Source: Roseibacillus sp.
Lineage (GTDB): Bacteria; Verrucomicrobiota; Verrucomicrobiia; Verrucomicrobiales; Akkermansiaceae
DNA: 64,000 nt
Direction of reading: 5' to 3'
Assembly (NCBI GenBank): GCA_051251855.1
Contig: JBPOGI010000002.1
Location: 256,001 to 320,000 of the forward strand
Shown here one piece after another: positions 57,001 to 64,000 of the stretch. Numbering within the stretch: position 1 is the stretch's first letter; every line of letters begins with the position of its first letter. Under the pieces are notes generated by a model. The model did no database searches, had not been told where the DNA came from, and saw nothing but the letters and a program-made list of their open reading frames with translations. The position numbers and the translations under genes are program-made.

Positions 57001-60000
57001 GGACGAGTTGACCGTAGGTGCAGTCTTGATGCTCGTAGGCTTCGAGAACGCGAGAAGCGATGTCTTTGACGAGTTCGCTGAAGGGTTGGCTCGGTGCGAC
57101 CTTGGCGCGGAGAGGGAGAAAGTTGACGCAGTGACCGACGAGGTTCTCCAAGCCTTGGGAGGACTGCCCAGCGGCGGGGATGCCGATGACGAGGTCTCCT
57201 TGACCGGTGAGGCGGTTGAGGAGAATGCTAAATGCGCTCAGGGTGGTTGCGTAAAGAGTAGCCCCTGATTTGGCTCCAGCTTTGCGTAGCTTCTTCAGAA
57301 GGTCGGCATCGATGTTCTCGTGCAAAGTTGAGCCTGAGAAGGTGCGGTGATTAGGGAAAGGACGGTCTGTTGGGAGATTGAGGAGGGGGACGGTGTCGGG
57401 ATACTGTGAGACCCAGTAGTCGAGATGCGGGTCAGGAGTGTTGGACTGTTCGCGCTCGGCGCGGGCTAAGGCGTAGTTGGCGAAGCTCGCAGAGGGGGTG
57501 AGGGGATTGCTTTGTCCTTGGGAGAAGGCGTTGTAGCAATCGCTCAGGTTTTCGATGAGGACGTTAAAAGACCAACCGTCAGCCACCATATGGTGAGCGG
57601 TGAGGAAGAGGATGTGGCGGGTTTCGCTCACTTTGCTTAGCTTGGCTCGCACGAGGGGAGCTTTATCGAGATCGAACGGAGTGAAGGCCTGAGTCTGAGT
57701 GGCGAGACGGATGGCTTCTGCTTTGTCGTCTTCCGAGAAGGAGCTAATGTCGCGGAACTTGAAGGGGACTTGGACCTTGTCTGCGATTTCCCAAGTGTTG
57801 CCATCGAGGTCGAAGGTGGAGCGCAGGGCGTCGTGGTGATTGACGGCGGTGTTGAGTGCTTTTTCGAGAGCGGAACTGTCGAGGGGGCCGTCGAAGATAA
57901 GTGAGGTCGCTTCGTTGAAGGCGCAGGAAGCTTCGTGACCGAGTTGGCAGGCTAGCCAGATTTCCTGCTGGGCTTCGGTGAGCGGAAGTTCGGTGTGCTT
58001 CTTAGGTGCTGCAGGAGGGGCAACAGGGGCTGGAACTGGGAGAGGCTGGGCGGTGCCTTTTCCGAGGCGGGGAGAGGGACCGGTGAGCTGAGGCTCGCTG
58101 TTGATCTTGAGAGCTTCGGTCTCTTTGAGAAAGCCTGCCGCTTGCAGTTCGGCCACCGCCTCTTTAAAGGCACGAATGACATAGTCGATGTCCTCGTCGG
58201 TGTGGGTGGTGGTGATGTAGGAGGGGAAGCCTTCGAGGATGAAGACACCACGCTTGCGAAGGTGGAAGAAGAGAAGGTTGCCGTATTTGCAGTCCTCGCC
58301 GACTCGCACGAAGAAGCGGGAGTTGAGACCGGGGAGGCGGATGGAGACTTCATTGTCGACCATGAATTGGTCCACCGTCTTGTAGAGTCGCTCCGCCTTG
58401 GCATTGAGGTCAGCCCAGAGTTGCGGACCTTGCGCCTTGAGATGGGTGAGGACTGCGTGGGCAGCAGCGATGCCGAGGGGGTGGCGGACGAAGGTGCCTG
58501 CGAAGAAGGTGACGTCGCCTTCGGGGAAAGAGTCGTCGCCGTATTCCCAATGGCCACCGTCGAAGGTGTCCATGTATTTGGCTTTGCCGGCCACGATGCC
58601 GATGGGAAGTCCGCCGCCGATGACTTTGCCGTAGGTGGAGATGTCTGACTTGACGCCGTAGAAGCCTTGCGCGCCATGAGGGCCGTCGCGGAGTCCGCAA
58701 ATGACTTCGTCGAAGATGAGGAGAGCGTCGTTGTCGTCGGCGAGGGTGCGGAGTTCTTTAACGAATTCCTTGGGCTGGAACTCGGGGCGGCGACTTTGCA
58801 CGGGCTCAATCATGATGGCCGCGAGCTCGTGGGCGTGCTCTTTGAGAATCTCCATTGATTCTTCAGTGCCGTAGTCGAGCACGAGCATGTTAGAAACCGC
58901 GGACTTGGGCACGCCGGGCGCGCTGGGGAAGGTGCGGGGTTTCTTCTTGGCTTGGGAGCCACGGAGTAGGACTTCGTCGAAATTACCGTGGTAGTCTTTG
59001 GTGAAGACTGCGATTTTGTCTCGTCCGGTAGCAGTTCGTGCGAGGCGCATGGCGGCTTGGACCGCTTCGGAACCAGTGCAGACGAAGGAGCAACGCTCGT
59101 TGCCAGTCATCTCGCAGAACATTTGCGCGGTTTCGCCAGCGAGAGGGGTTTGGGGACCGACTTCGTAGCCGGACATCATCTGCTTTTGTACTGCTTCTAG
59201 AACGAAATCAGGAGAGTGGCCGAAGAAGCCGGGGCCAAAGCCGTTGAGGATGTCGATGTATTCGTTGCCATCGATGTCGAGGAGGCGGGAGCCTTTCGAT
59301 TGCTCGACCACGAGCTGGTAGATCATTTCTTTCCAGTTGCGATCGAATCCGGAGACGGTGCGTGGGTCGGCGTGGAAGCGGCGATACTTGGCGGTCCATT
59401 CTTTGGAAGATTTGGTGCGGGCCACGTAGCTGTTGACGAGTTGCTCGATGTGCTCGCGCTGTTGGGCGGTGAGGCTGTCGTCGGCATCTCGGCTGATGGT
59501 TGTGGTGGAGCCAGAGGCGGTGCCGGAAGTAGGTTTGTTTTCCTTAGCTTTCGAGGGCTGCGCAGTCGCAGAAGGAGAAGGGACGGCGGGGATTTGGGCG
59601 GCTGCGGGCTGGGGGGGAGGAGTAGGAGCCGCGGGGGTAGCGGGAATGCCTGCGAGCATCTGCATTTGAGCCTGCATGAACTGCATTTGCTGCATCTGCA
59701 TGTTCATCATTTGGGCCATCATGCCGGCTTGGTCGCCGCCGGGAGCGACCGTAGTGGTCGGGAAAGGTTGCTGAAGTGCTGGTTGCTGCAGTGCGGCTTG
59801 GGGAGCCTGTTCGGCGGGTGCTTCGACGGCGGGTGCTGCAGGTTGGAACTGGGAGGGGTCGGCTTCGTTGTCGAGATGGTTCACGATGTCGCCGATGGTG
59901 GGGAGTTCGGCGAGGAGCTGACGCATGGTGGTGGTCACACCAAAGGCTTTTTCGATTTCTTTGCTCACTTGGGTGAGCATGAGGGAGTCGAAACCAAGCT

Positions 60001-63000
60001 CAATGAGAGTGGCTTCGAATTCCATTTCTTCGGTTTCGATTCCGGAGAGGTCGTTGAGAACTTCACAAAGGCGTTCGTGAATCAAAGGCTTGCGATCAGT
60101 GGACATAACAGTGGGAACAGTTTGGTTGGGGACAGGGGAGGTGACCGCGACCGGCTGGGGAGCGGCTGGAGCGGCGAGAGTTTGGGGCGCTTGGGGGAGA
60201 GAAGGGAGTTCGGCAGCGAGAGACTTGGGTTCGATCCAGAATCGCTTGCGTTCGAAGGGATAGGTGGGAAGAGGAACGCGCTTGCGGACTTCGTCGCCAT
60301 TGTAGGCCTTCCAGTCTATGGTGTGGCCATGAATCCAAAGCTGTCCGAGGGCGAGCTGGAAGTGAAGCGCATCCGAGGCGTCGTCGGTGGCGTGGCCAGA
60401 GACCGAGAAGATGGCTTGTTTTGCCTTTTTGTCCGCGACCTGGCGGGAAAGGGTGGAAAGAGTTTGTCCGGGGCCGACCTCTAACAAGGTGGTCTCGGGA
60501 GATTCGCAGAAGTGTCCAGCAGCTTGGGTGAAGCGGACGGTCTTGCGCACGTGGGAAGCCCAGTAGTGCGAATCGGTGGCTTGTTCGTCGCTGAGCCATT
60601 CAGTGGTGACAGTGGAGCGGATGGGGATGGAAGGAGGATTGAGCTGAGCCTTTTCGATGACCTTTTGGAAGGGCTCGATAACTCCGTCCATCATCCAGCT
60701 GTGGAATCCGTGGGAGGTGTGGAGAGGTTTGGCTGCGATGTCTTGTTCAGTGAGAAGGGCGGTGAACTTTTCGAGTTCGTCGTGTGGTCCTGCAACGACG
60801 CAGAGTTCGGGGCCGTTGACGGCGGCGAGGTCGAGTTTTTCGGGGATGAGGGGAGTGAGCTTTTCTTCGCACAAGCGGACGGAGAGCATGCCGCCTTTTT
60901 CGACCGCTTGCATGAGAGCGCCGCGTTGGGCGAGAATGCTGAGGGCGTCTTCGAGAGAGAGGATGCCTGAGATGGTGGCGGCGACGAGTTCACCGACACT
61001 GTGGCCGACAAGGGCGGTGGGCTGGAGACCCCAGTGCATGAGGAGTCGGGCTTGGCAGTAGCTGAGGACAAAGATGGCGGGCTGGGCCATGATGGTCTGC
61101 TTGATGCGGAGGCCGGCGGCTTCTTGATCGGCATCGGGGTTTGGGAAAAGGGTGTCGCGGAGGTCCTCGCCGAGATGTGGTAAAAGGATTTCGGCGCAGC
61201 GGTCGAGTTCGGCGCGGAAGTAGGGCTCGGACTGATAAAGGTCGCGGCCCATGCCGACGGTTTGGGAACCTTGGCCGGGAAACATGAAGACGAGCGGGGC
61301 GTCAGCTTGTTTGGGAGTGCCTTTAACGGAGCGCGCTTTGTCGAGAGAGAGCAGGGAGTCGCTGACGAGGATTTGGCGCTTGGCGAAGTGTTTACGACCG
61401 ATGCGTAAGGTGTGGGCGACGTCGGCGGGGTTTGTGGAGCTATTGTTTGCGCCGTAGTTGACGAAGTTTTCTTTGGCTTGAGCGAGGGCTTCGTCGCTGC
61501 GAGCGGAGAGGGGAAAGAATTGGAAGGGGCGCAGAGAGGTAGAAGACTCCTGTTCGGGAGGCTCTTCTAAGATGACGTGAGCATTGGTGCCGCCGACACC
61601 GAAGGACGAGATGCCTGCGCGACGAGGAGCGTCTTTGGGATGCCAGTCGGTCAGGCTATCGTTGACGTGGAAGGGAGAGCTGGCGAAGTCGATTTTGGGA
61701 TTCGCTTTTTGAAAGTGGAGAGTGGCGGGGATCTTTCCGTGTTCGAGGGAAAAGGCGGTTTTGATGGTAGCGGTGACACCGGAGGCGATATCGAGGTGGC
61801 CAACGGTGGGTTTGACGGAGCCAAGAGCACAGCCCTGGTTGTGGGTCACACCGAGGTCGCGAAAGGCTTTGGTGAGACCAGCGACCTCGATGGGGTCGCC
61901 GAGGGGGGTGCCGGTGCCGTGGGCTTCGACGTAGGAAATGGTGGAGGGGTCGATGCCGGCGTCGGCGATGGCGTCTTTGATGACTCCGGCTTGGCCATCG
62001 ATGCTAGGGGCGGTGTAAGAGTGCTTGCGACCGCCGTCGTTGTTGAGGGCGCAGCCTTTGATGATCGCATGGATGTGATCGCCATCGCGCAGAGCGTCGT
62101 CGAGACGCTTGAGAAGCACGATGCCGGCGCCGTTAGAGAAAACAGTGCCAGTGGCTTGTTCGTCGAAGGTGCGGCAATGGCCGTCTTGGGATAGGATGCC
62201 GTCGGGGGTGAAGTAGTAGCCTTTTTTCTCGGGGAGAGTGATGGTGATTCCTCCCGCCATGGCCATGTCGCAGGCGTTAGCGCGCAGGCTTTGGCAGGCA
62301 GTGGAGATGGCGACGAGGGAAGTGGAGCAGGCGGTCTGCACCGTCATGGCGGGGCCGCGCAAGTTGAGCTTAAAGGCGACGCGGGTTGCGAGGTAGTCTT
62401 TGTCGTTGCCTAGCTCGGCTTGTAGGGTGCCGACTTGGATTTGGGGAATCCAGTCGGCGAGGAATTCGCGGTCGGTAGCGAGATTGGAAAGGGCGTAGGT
62501 GTCGAGGTAGTTGCCGGCCCAGAGCCCAATCTTGCCTTCGTACTCTTCGGAATTGTAACCGGCGTCTTCGAGGCAGTCCCAAGCGAGTTCGAGGAAGACT
62601 CGATGCTGGGGATCCATGAGCTTGGCTTCGTTGGGGAGGACTCCGAAGAACTTGGCGTCGAAGTTCTCGACGTTTTCCATGAGGCCTTTAACTGGCACGT
62701 AGCCGGGGTCGTTGCGGACTTTGGCAGGGTCAACGTTAGCGGAGAGGAGTTCTTCGTCGGTGAGTTGAGTGAGGCACTCTTTGCCGTCGACAAGATTTTG
62801 CCAGAAGGCTTGCACGTTGGGGGACTCGGGAAGGCGGCAAGACATGCCGACAATGGCGATGTCACGGCTTTGGTCGTTGTCCTTGGCTGGGGATGTTTGT
62901 TCGGCGGGAGCTTGTTCTTGCTCGGTTAGAAGCTTGGCTTGGGTGGCGACGGTCGAGTTTTGGAAAAGCTCTGCTGCGGTGAGAGGCTTTTGGAAATAGC

Positions 63001-64000
63001 GATTCAGTTTGGCGAGCAGTTGAATGACCTGAAGGGATTTTCCGCCGAGGTCAGCAAAGCGGTCGTGGCGACCGATAGGTGAGAGATGAAGGACTTCGGT
63101 CCAAAGTGAGGCGATTGCTTTCTCAGTTTCGCCTTGAGGGGACGTGAAAAGTTCCGAGAGCTCGGGGCGGCTCGCTGCTTGGGCGCGAATGTCGCTCGTG
63201 ATTTTGTCGACAGAAGAGCGCATCGCGATAGTGCGGTAGTCCTCTGAGGAAACGAGATTGGTGGCGTATTTGGAAGAGCTGCTTTGTGAGGGGGTGGGGC
63301 TTGCTTTGGCTGCAGGTCGCTGGGTTGCGGATTGGGCGACTTTGAGAGGAAAGCGATAGATGATTTCGTTACCAGCAGATTGAGCGTGTTTGCTTCCGAT
63401 GCCGTCGAGAAAGCCTCTGGCTGGGGTGTTGCGGTCGGTGGGAAGGAAGGGGAAGTGGATTTCGGTAGCCTCTGTTTGCTTCGCACTCTTGACTAACTGA
63501 GCGAGGATTTTTTGCTCTACTCCTTTGCCAAGAACGCGGCAACTTAGGAGGAAGGAGTCGACGTGAAGAGCTTCGTCTTTGGTTTCGAAAACGACCAATC
63601 CTACAAGCCCGTAGTCACCAAAGCGGTCACTAACTTTGACCGCGAGAATCTCTTTGCCGTTTTGCGAAAGAGAGGTCACTTCGTCTTCTTGGCGACGAAT
63701 GGTGGTGGTGTTGAACTGGTTGGTGCGCTGAGTAAGCTGAGCCAACCGGCTTTTGTTCTCCGAGGTGAGACCTTCGAAGCGAACCTTGAGCTTGAGTTCT
63801 TGTAGGAACGTTTCGTAGCTGGTGGCTTGCTCGCGGACTTCTTCGCGGGCGAGCATGGTCTGATACATCGCAGTACGTTGACTGTCTTCCTTGGTAGAAG
63901 AGTTCGGGAGGTCCAAGCGCCAGTGATGCTTAAGCAGGGTGGGGAATTTCTCGGTGTCTTGGGGAAGGAGAATGGTAGTGACCGTGGGGAGGGCGGCGGC
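54035..64000 (-). CDS. Hybrid PKS/NRPS: FkbH-like, ACP, KS, AT, ACP, class III aminotransferase, C, A, PCP, TE (5' end outside window)
   Basis: Frame stays open to 64000. Motifs: QLTQRTNQFN, DRFGDYG, LLSCRVLG (FkbH C-terminal part); GGKSL; TACSTS, HGTGT, GHL (KS); GHSVG, HGFH (AT); GFDSL; FDEVI, YGKVIGGG (aminotransferase); HHMVADG (C); FTSGSTG, YGPTE, NGKVD (A); GGHSL; GYCFG (TE). Confidence 0.95.
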   Translation of the reverse strand, partial: AAALPTVTTILLPQDTEKFPTLLKHHWRLDLPNSSTKEDSQRTAMYQTMLAREEVREQATSYETFLQELKLKVRFEGLTSENKSRLAQLTQRTNQFNTTTIRRQEDEVTSLSQNGKEILAVKVSDRFGDYGLVGLVVFETKDEALHVDSFLLSCRVLGKGVEQKILAQLVKSAKQTEATEIHFPFLPTDRNTPARGFLDGIGSKHAQSAGNEIIYRFPLKVAQSATQRPAAKASPTPSQSSSSKYATNLVSSEDYRTIAMRSSVDKITSDIRAQAASRPELSELFTSPQGETEKAIASLWTEVLHLSPIGRHDRFADLGGKSLQVIQLLAKLNRYFQKPLTAAELFQNSTVATQAKLLTEQEQAPAEQTSPAKDNDQSRDIAIVGMSCRLPESPNVQAFWQNLVDGKECLTQLTDEELLSANVDPAKVRNDPGYVPVKGLMENVENFDAKFFGVLPNEAKLMDPQHRVFLELAWDCLEDAGYNSEEYEGKIGLWAGNYLDTYALSNLATDREFLADWIPQIQVGTLQAELGNDKDYLATRVAFKLNLRGPAMTVQTACSTSLVAISTACQSLRANACDMAMAGGITITLPEKKGYYFTPDGILSQDGHCRTFDEQATGTVFSNGAGIVLLKRLDDALRDGDHIHAIIKGCALNNDGGRKHSYTAPSIDGQAGVIKDAIADAGIDPSTISYVEAHGTGTPLGDPIEVAGLTKAFRDLGVTHNQGCALGSVKPTVGHLDIASGVTATIKTAFSLEHGKIPATLHFQKANPKIDFASSPFHVNDSLTDWHPKDAPRRAGISSFGVGGTNAHVILEEPPEQESSTSLRPFQFFPLSARSDEALAQAKENFVNYGANNSSTNPADVAHTLRIGRKHFAKRQILVSDSLLSLDKARSVKGTPKQADAPLVFMFPGQGSQTVGMGRDLYQSEPYFRAELDRCAEILLPHLGEDLRDTLFPNPDADQEAAGLRIKQTIMAQPAIFVLSYCQARLLMHWGLQPTALVGHSVGELVAATISGILSLEDALSILAQRGALMQAVEKGGMLSVRLCEEKLTPLIPEKLDLAAVNGPELCVVAGPHDELEKFTALLTEQDIAAKPLHTSHGFHSWMMDGVIEPFQKVIEKAQLNPPSIPIRSTVTTEWLSDEQATDSHYWASHVRKTVRFTQAAGHFCESPETTLLEVGPGQTLSTLSRQVADKKAKQAIFSVSGHATDDASDALHFQLALGQLWIHGHTIDWKAYNGDEVRKRVPLPTYPFERKRFWIEPKSLAAELPSLPQAPQTLAAPAAPQPVAVTSPVPNQTVPTVMSTDRKPLIHERLCEVLNDLSGIETEEMEFEATLIELGFDSLMLTQVSKEIEKAFGVTTTMRQLLAELPTIGDIVNHLDNEADPSQFQPAAPAVEAPAEQAPQAALQQPALQQPFPTTTVAPGGDQAGMMAQMMNMQMQQMQFMQAQMQMLAGIPATPAAPTPPPQPAAAQIPAVPSPSATAQPSKAKENKPTSGTASGSTTTISRDADDSLTAQQREHIEQLVNSYVARTKSSKEWTAKYRRFHADPRTVSGFDRNWKEMIYQLVVEQSKGSRLLDIDGNEYIDILNGFGPGFFGHSPDFVLEAVQKQMMSGYEVGPQTPLAGETAQMFCEMTGNERCSFVCTGSEAVQAAMRLARTATGRDKIAVFTKDYHGNFDEVLLRGSQAKKKPRTFPSAPGVPKSAVSNMLVLDYGTEESMEILKEHAHELAAIMIEPVQSRRPEFQPKEFVKELRTLADDNDALLIFDEVICGLRDGPHGAQGFYGVKSDISTYGKVIGGGLPIGIVAGKAKYMDTFDGGHWEYGDDSFPEGDVTFFAGTFVRHPLGIAAAHAVLTHLKAQGPQLWADLNAKAERLYKTVDQFMVDNEVSIRLPGLNSRFFVRVGEDCKYGNLLFFHLRKRGVFILEGFPSYITTTHTDEDIDYVIRAFKEAVAELQAAGFLKETEALKINSEPQLTGPSPRLGKGTAQPLPVPAPVAPPAAPKKHTELPLTEAQQEIWLACQLGHEASCAFNEATSLIFDGPLDSSALEKALNTAVNHHDALRSTFDLDGNTWEIADKVQVPFKFRDISSFSEDDKAEAIRLATQTQAFTPFDLDKAPLVRAKLSKVSETRHILFLTAHHMVADGWSFNVLIENLSDCYNAFSQGQSNPLTPSASFANYALARAEREQSNTPDPHLDYWVSQYPDTVPLLNLPTDRPFPNHRTFSGSTLHENIDADLLKKLRKAGAKSGATLYATTLSAFSILLNRLTGQGDLVIGIPAAGQSSQGLENLVGHCVNFLPLRAKVAPSQPFSELVKDIASRVLEAYEHQDCTYGQLVPKLQLQRRPGRMPLTEVGFNLERMDYFKPFDGLETEFLDSPKSFVNQLLFLNLVESKNGVSIECHFNTAVFEHSTVESWMKQYRGILEEIANKPEGPTRKELPAPAPETMGRPLPLSANNTTDYPRTSTVQQLFEEVAATYPERTALQMRDWSMSYQTLNRLANRLAVQLREAGVKASQPIPVVLDRSFDFIISALAVMKAGGAYLPIDPCYPVERITSLLDQTDAPVLLTRSNYQEQVTSFSGKVISVDEVLNDEDANDSGTSNLPLKNGPTDLAYLMFTSGSTGNAKGVEVTHRGIVRLVRNTNYAQLDENQVYLQASSLSFDASTFEIWAPLLNGGKLVLLPPGAPSLDTIASHIRDYDISTLWLTSGLFQLMVDENLEVLRPLKQLLAGGDVLSKHHVAKVLNQLPNLKLINGYGPTENTTFTCCHTITSADLENASVPIGKPISNTEVYLLDKQFNPLPPMSEGELYIGGDGLARGYYQNEALTAERFIDNPFSSENDSKLYRTGDRARYRPDGVIEFLGRTDNEVKIRGFRIDPAEIEEALCRHHDVTQARVVAQGENAEEKTLVAYLTSQDTDLTEADAKIFLQSFLPGHLIPSRIVLVETIPVTENGKVDDRALLQLESYDAPAQESERAPQGETETRMAAIWSKVLGTADLPVNRSFFDLGGHSLQALKLFNQIDKEFGKKLPLSTLFEAPTIEQLAARFAPREPVEATPASLTALHKKGEKSPLFCIHGGDGGTLIYRQLSDGLAKDRPFYTLEAPALSGEGDVAPTIEETAKTYLKQIKTVQAEGPYLLGGYCFGGIVVYEIAQQLKAAGDEVELLCLFDTDNPSVAPRYLSLAERASRQWSENSDRSWVGRVGKLSGRFGEGLVNKLKVQSEKAAASVATSTGMDVGPKIQTVIVREAHDKAMRRYSPKAYDGDVVLFTAEDQGDGVIYPPHLGWEGYVRGDLKVITIPGEHLTIFQEPHVTTLAAKLRGFLGNRV

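Noticed and set aside
54264..63805. Many + strand and alternative-frame ORFs up to 422 aa inside the PKS/NRPS
   Set aside because: Shadow ORFs with low-complexity translations overlapping a clear megasynthase.
1..64000. CRISPR array, rRNA, integrase or transposase genes
   Set aside because: No regularly spaced 25-45 bp repeats, rRNA-like sequence or recombinase/transposase motifs were found by eye.

Overview
This 64-kb window looks like a marine Verrucomicrobia chromosome (Akkermansiaceae/Roseibacillus-like). That assignment is inferred from gene content: sulfatases and lineage-type secreted proteins. Bases 1-21.5 kb form a probable genomic island abutting the 3' end of tRNA-Thr(CGT) at 21516-21590 (- strand). 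Next to the tRNA is an att-like arm region with an exact IHF consensus, direct repeats and 10-bp-phased repeats. It is followed by an uncharacterised triad: an Xis-like gene and two distantly related ~450-aa proteins with C-terminal winged-helix-like ends, then an origin-like repeat patch. The cargo is a three-gene Shango-type anti-phage locus (TerB-domain protein, P-loop ATPase, Lhr-like helicase) and two heavy-metal RND efflux modules (Czc-like and Cus-like). Each efflux module is headed by a small Cys/His-rich ORF with a proline-rich tail. The rest is mostly core or carbohydrate-niche genes: two sulfatases, esterases, hisS-aspS, a two-component system coupled to a secretin-fragment-like gene, moaA, a three-gene secreted-protein operon, rfbB, an aminotransferase-cysQ-glycerate kinase-phoD run and a GH16 glucanase. 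One hydrolase gene is interrupted by an in-frame TAG. The window ends with an Sfp-type PPTase and a >3300-aa hybrid megasynthase (FkbH-like, ACP, KS, AT, ACP, aminotransferase, C, A, PCP, Cys-type TE) that runs off the right edge. All assignments come from motif reading by eye; no searches were run.
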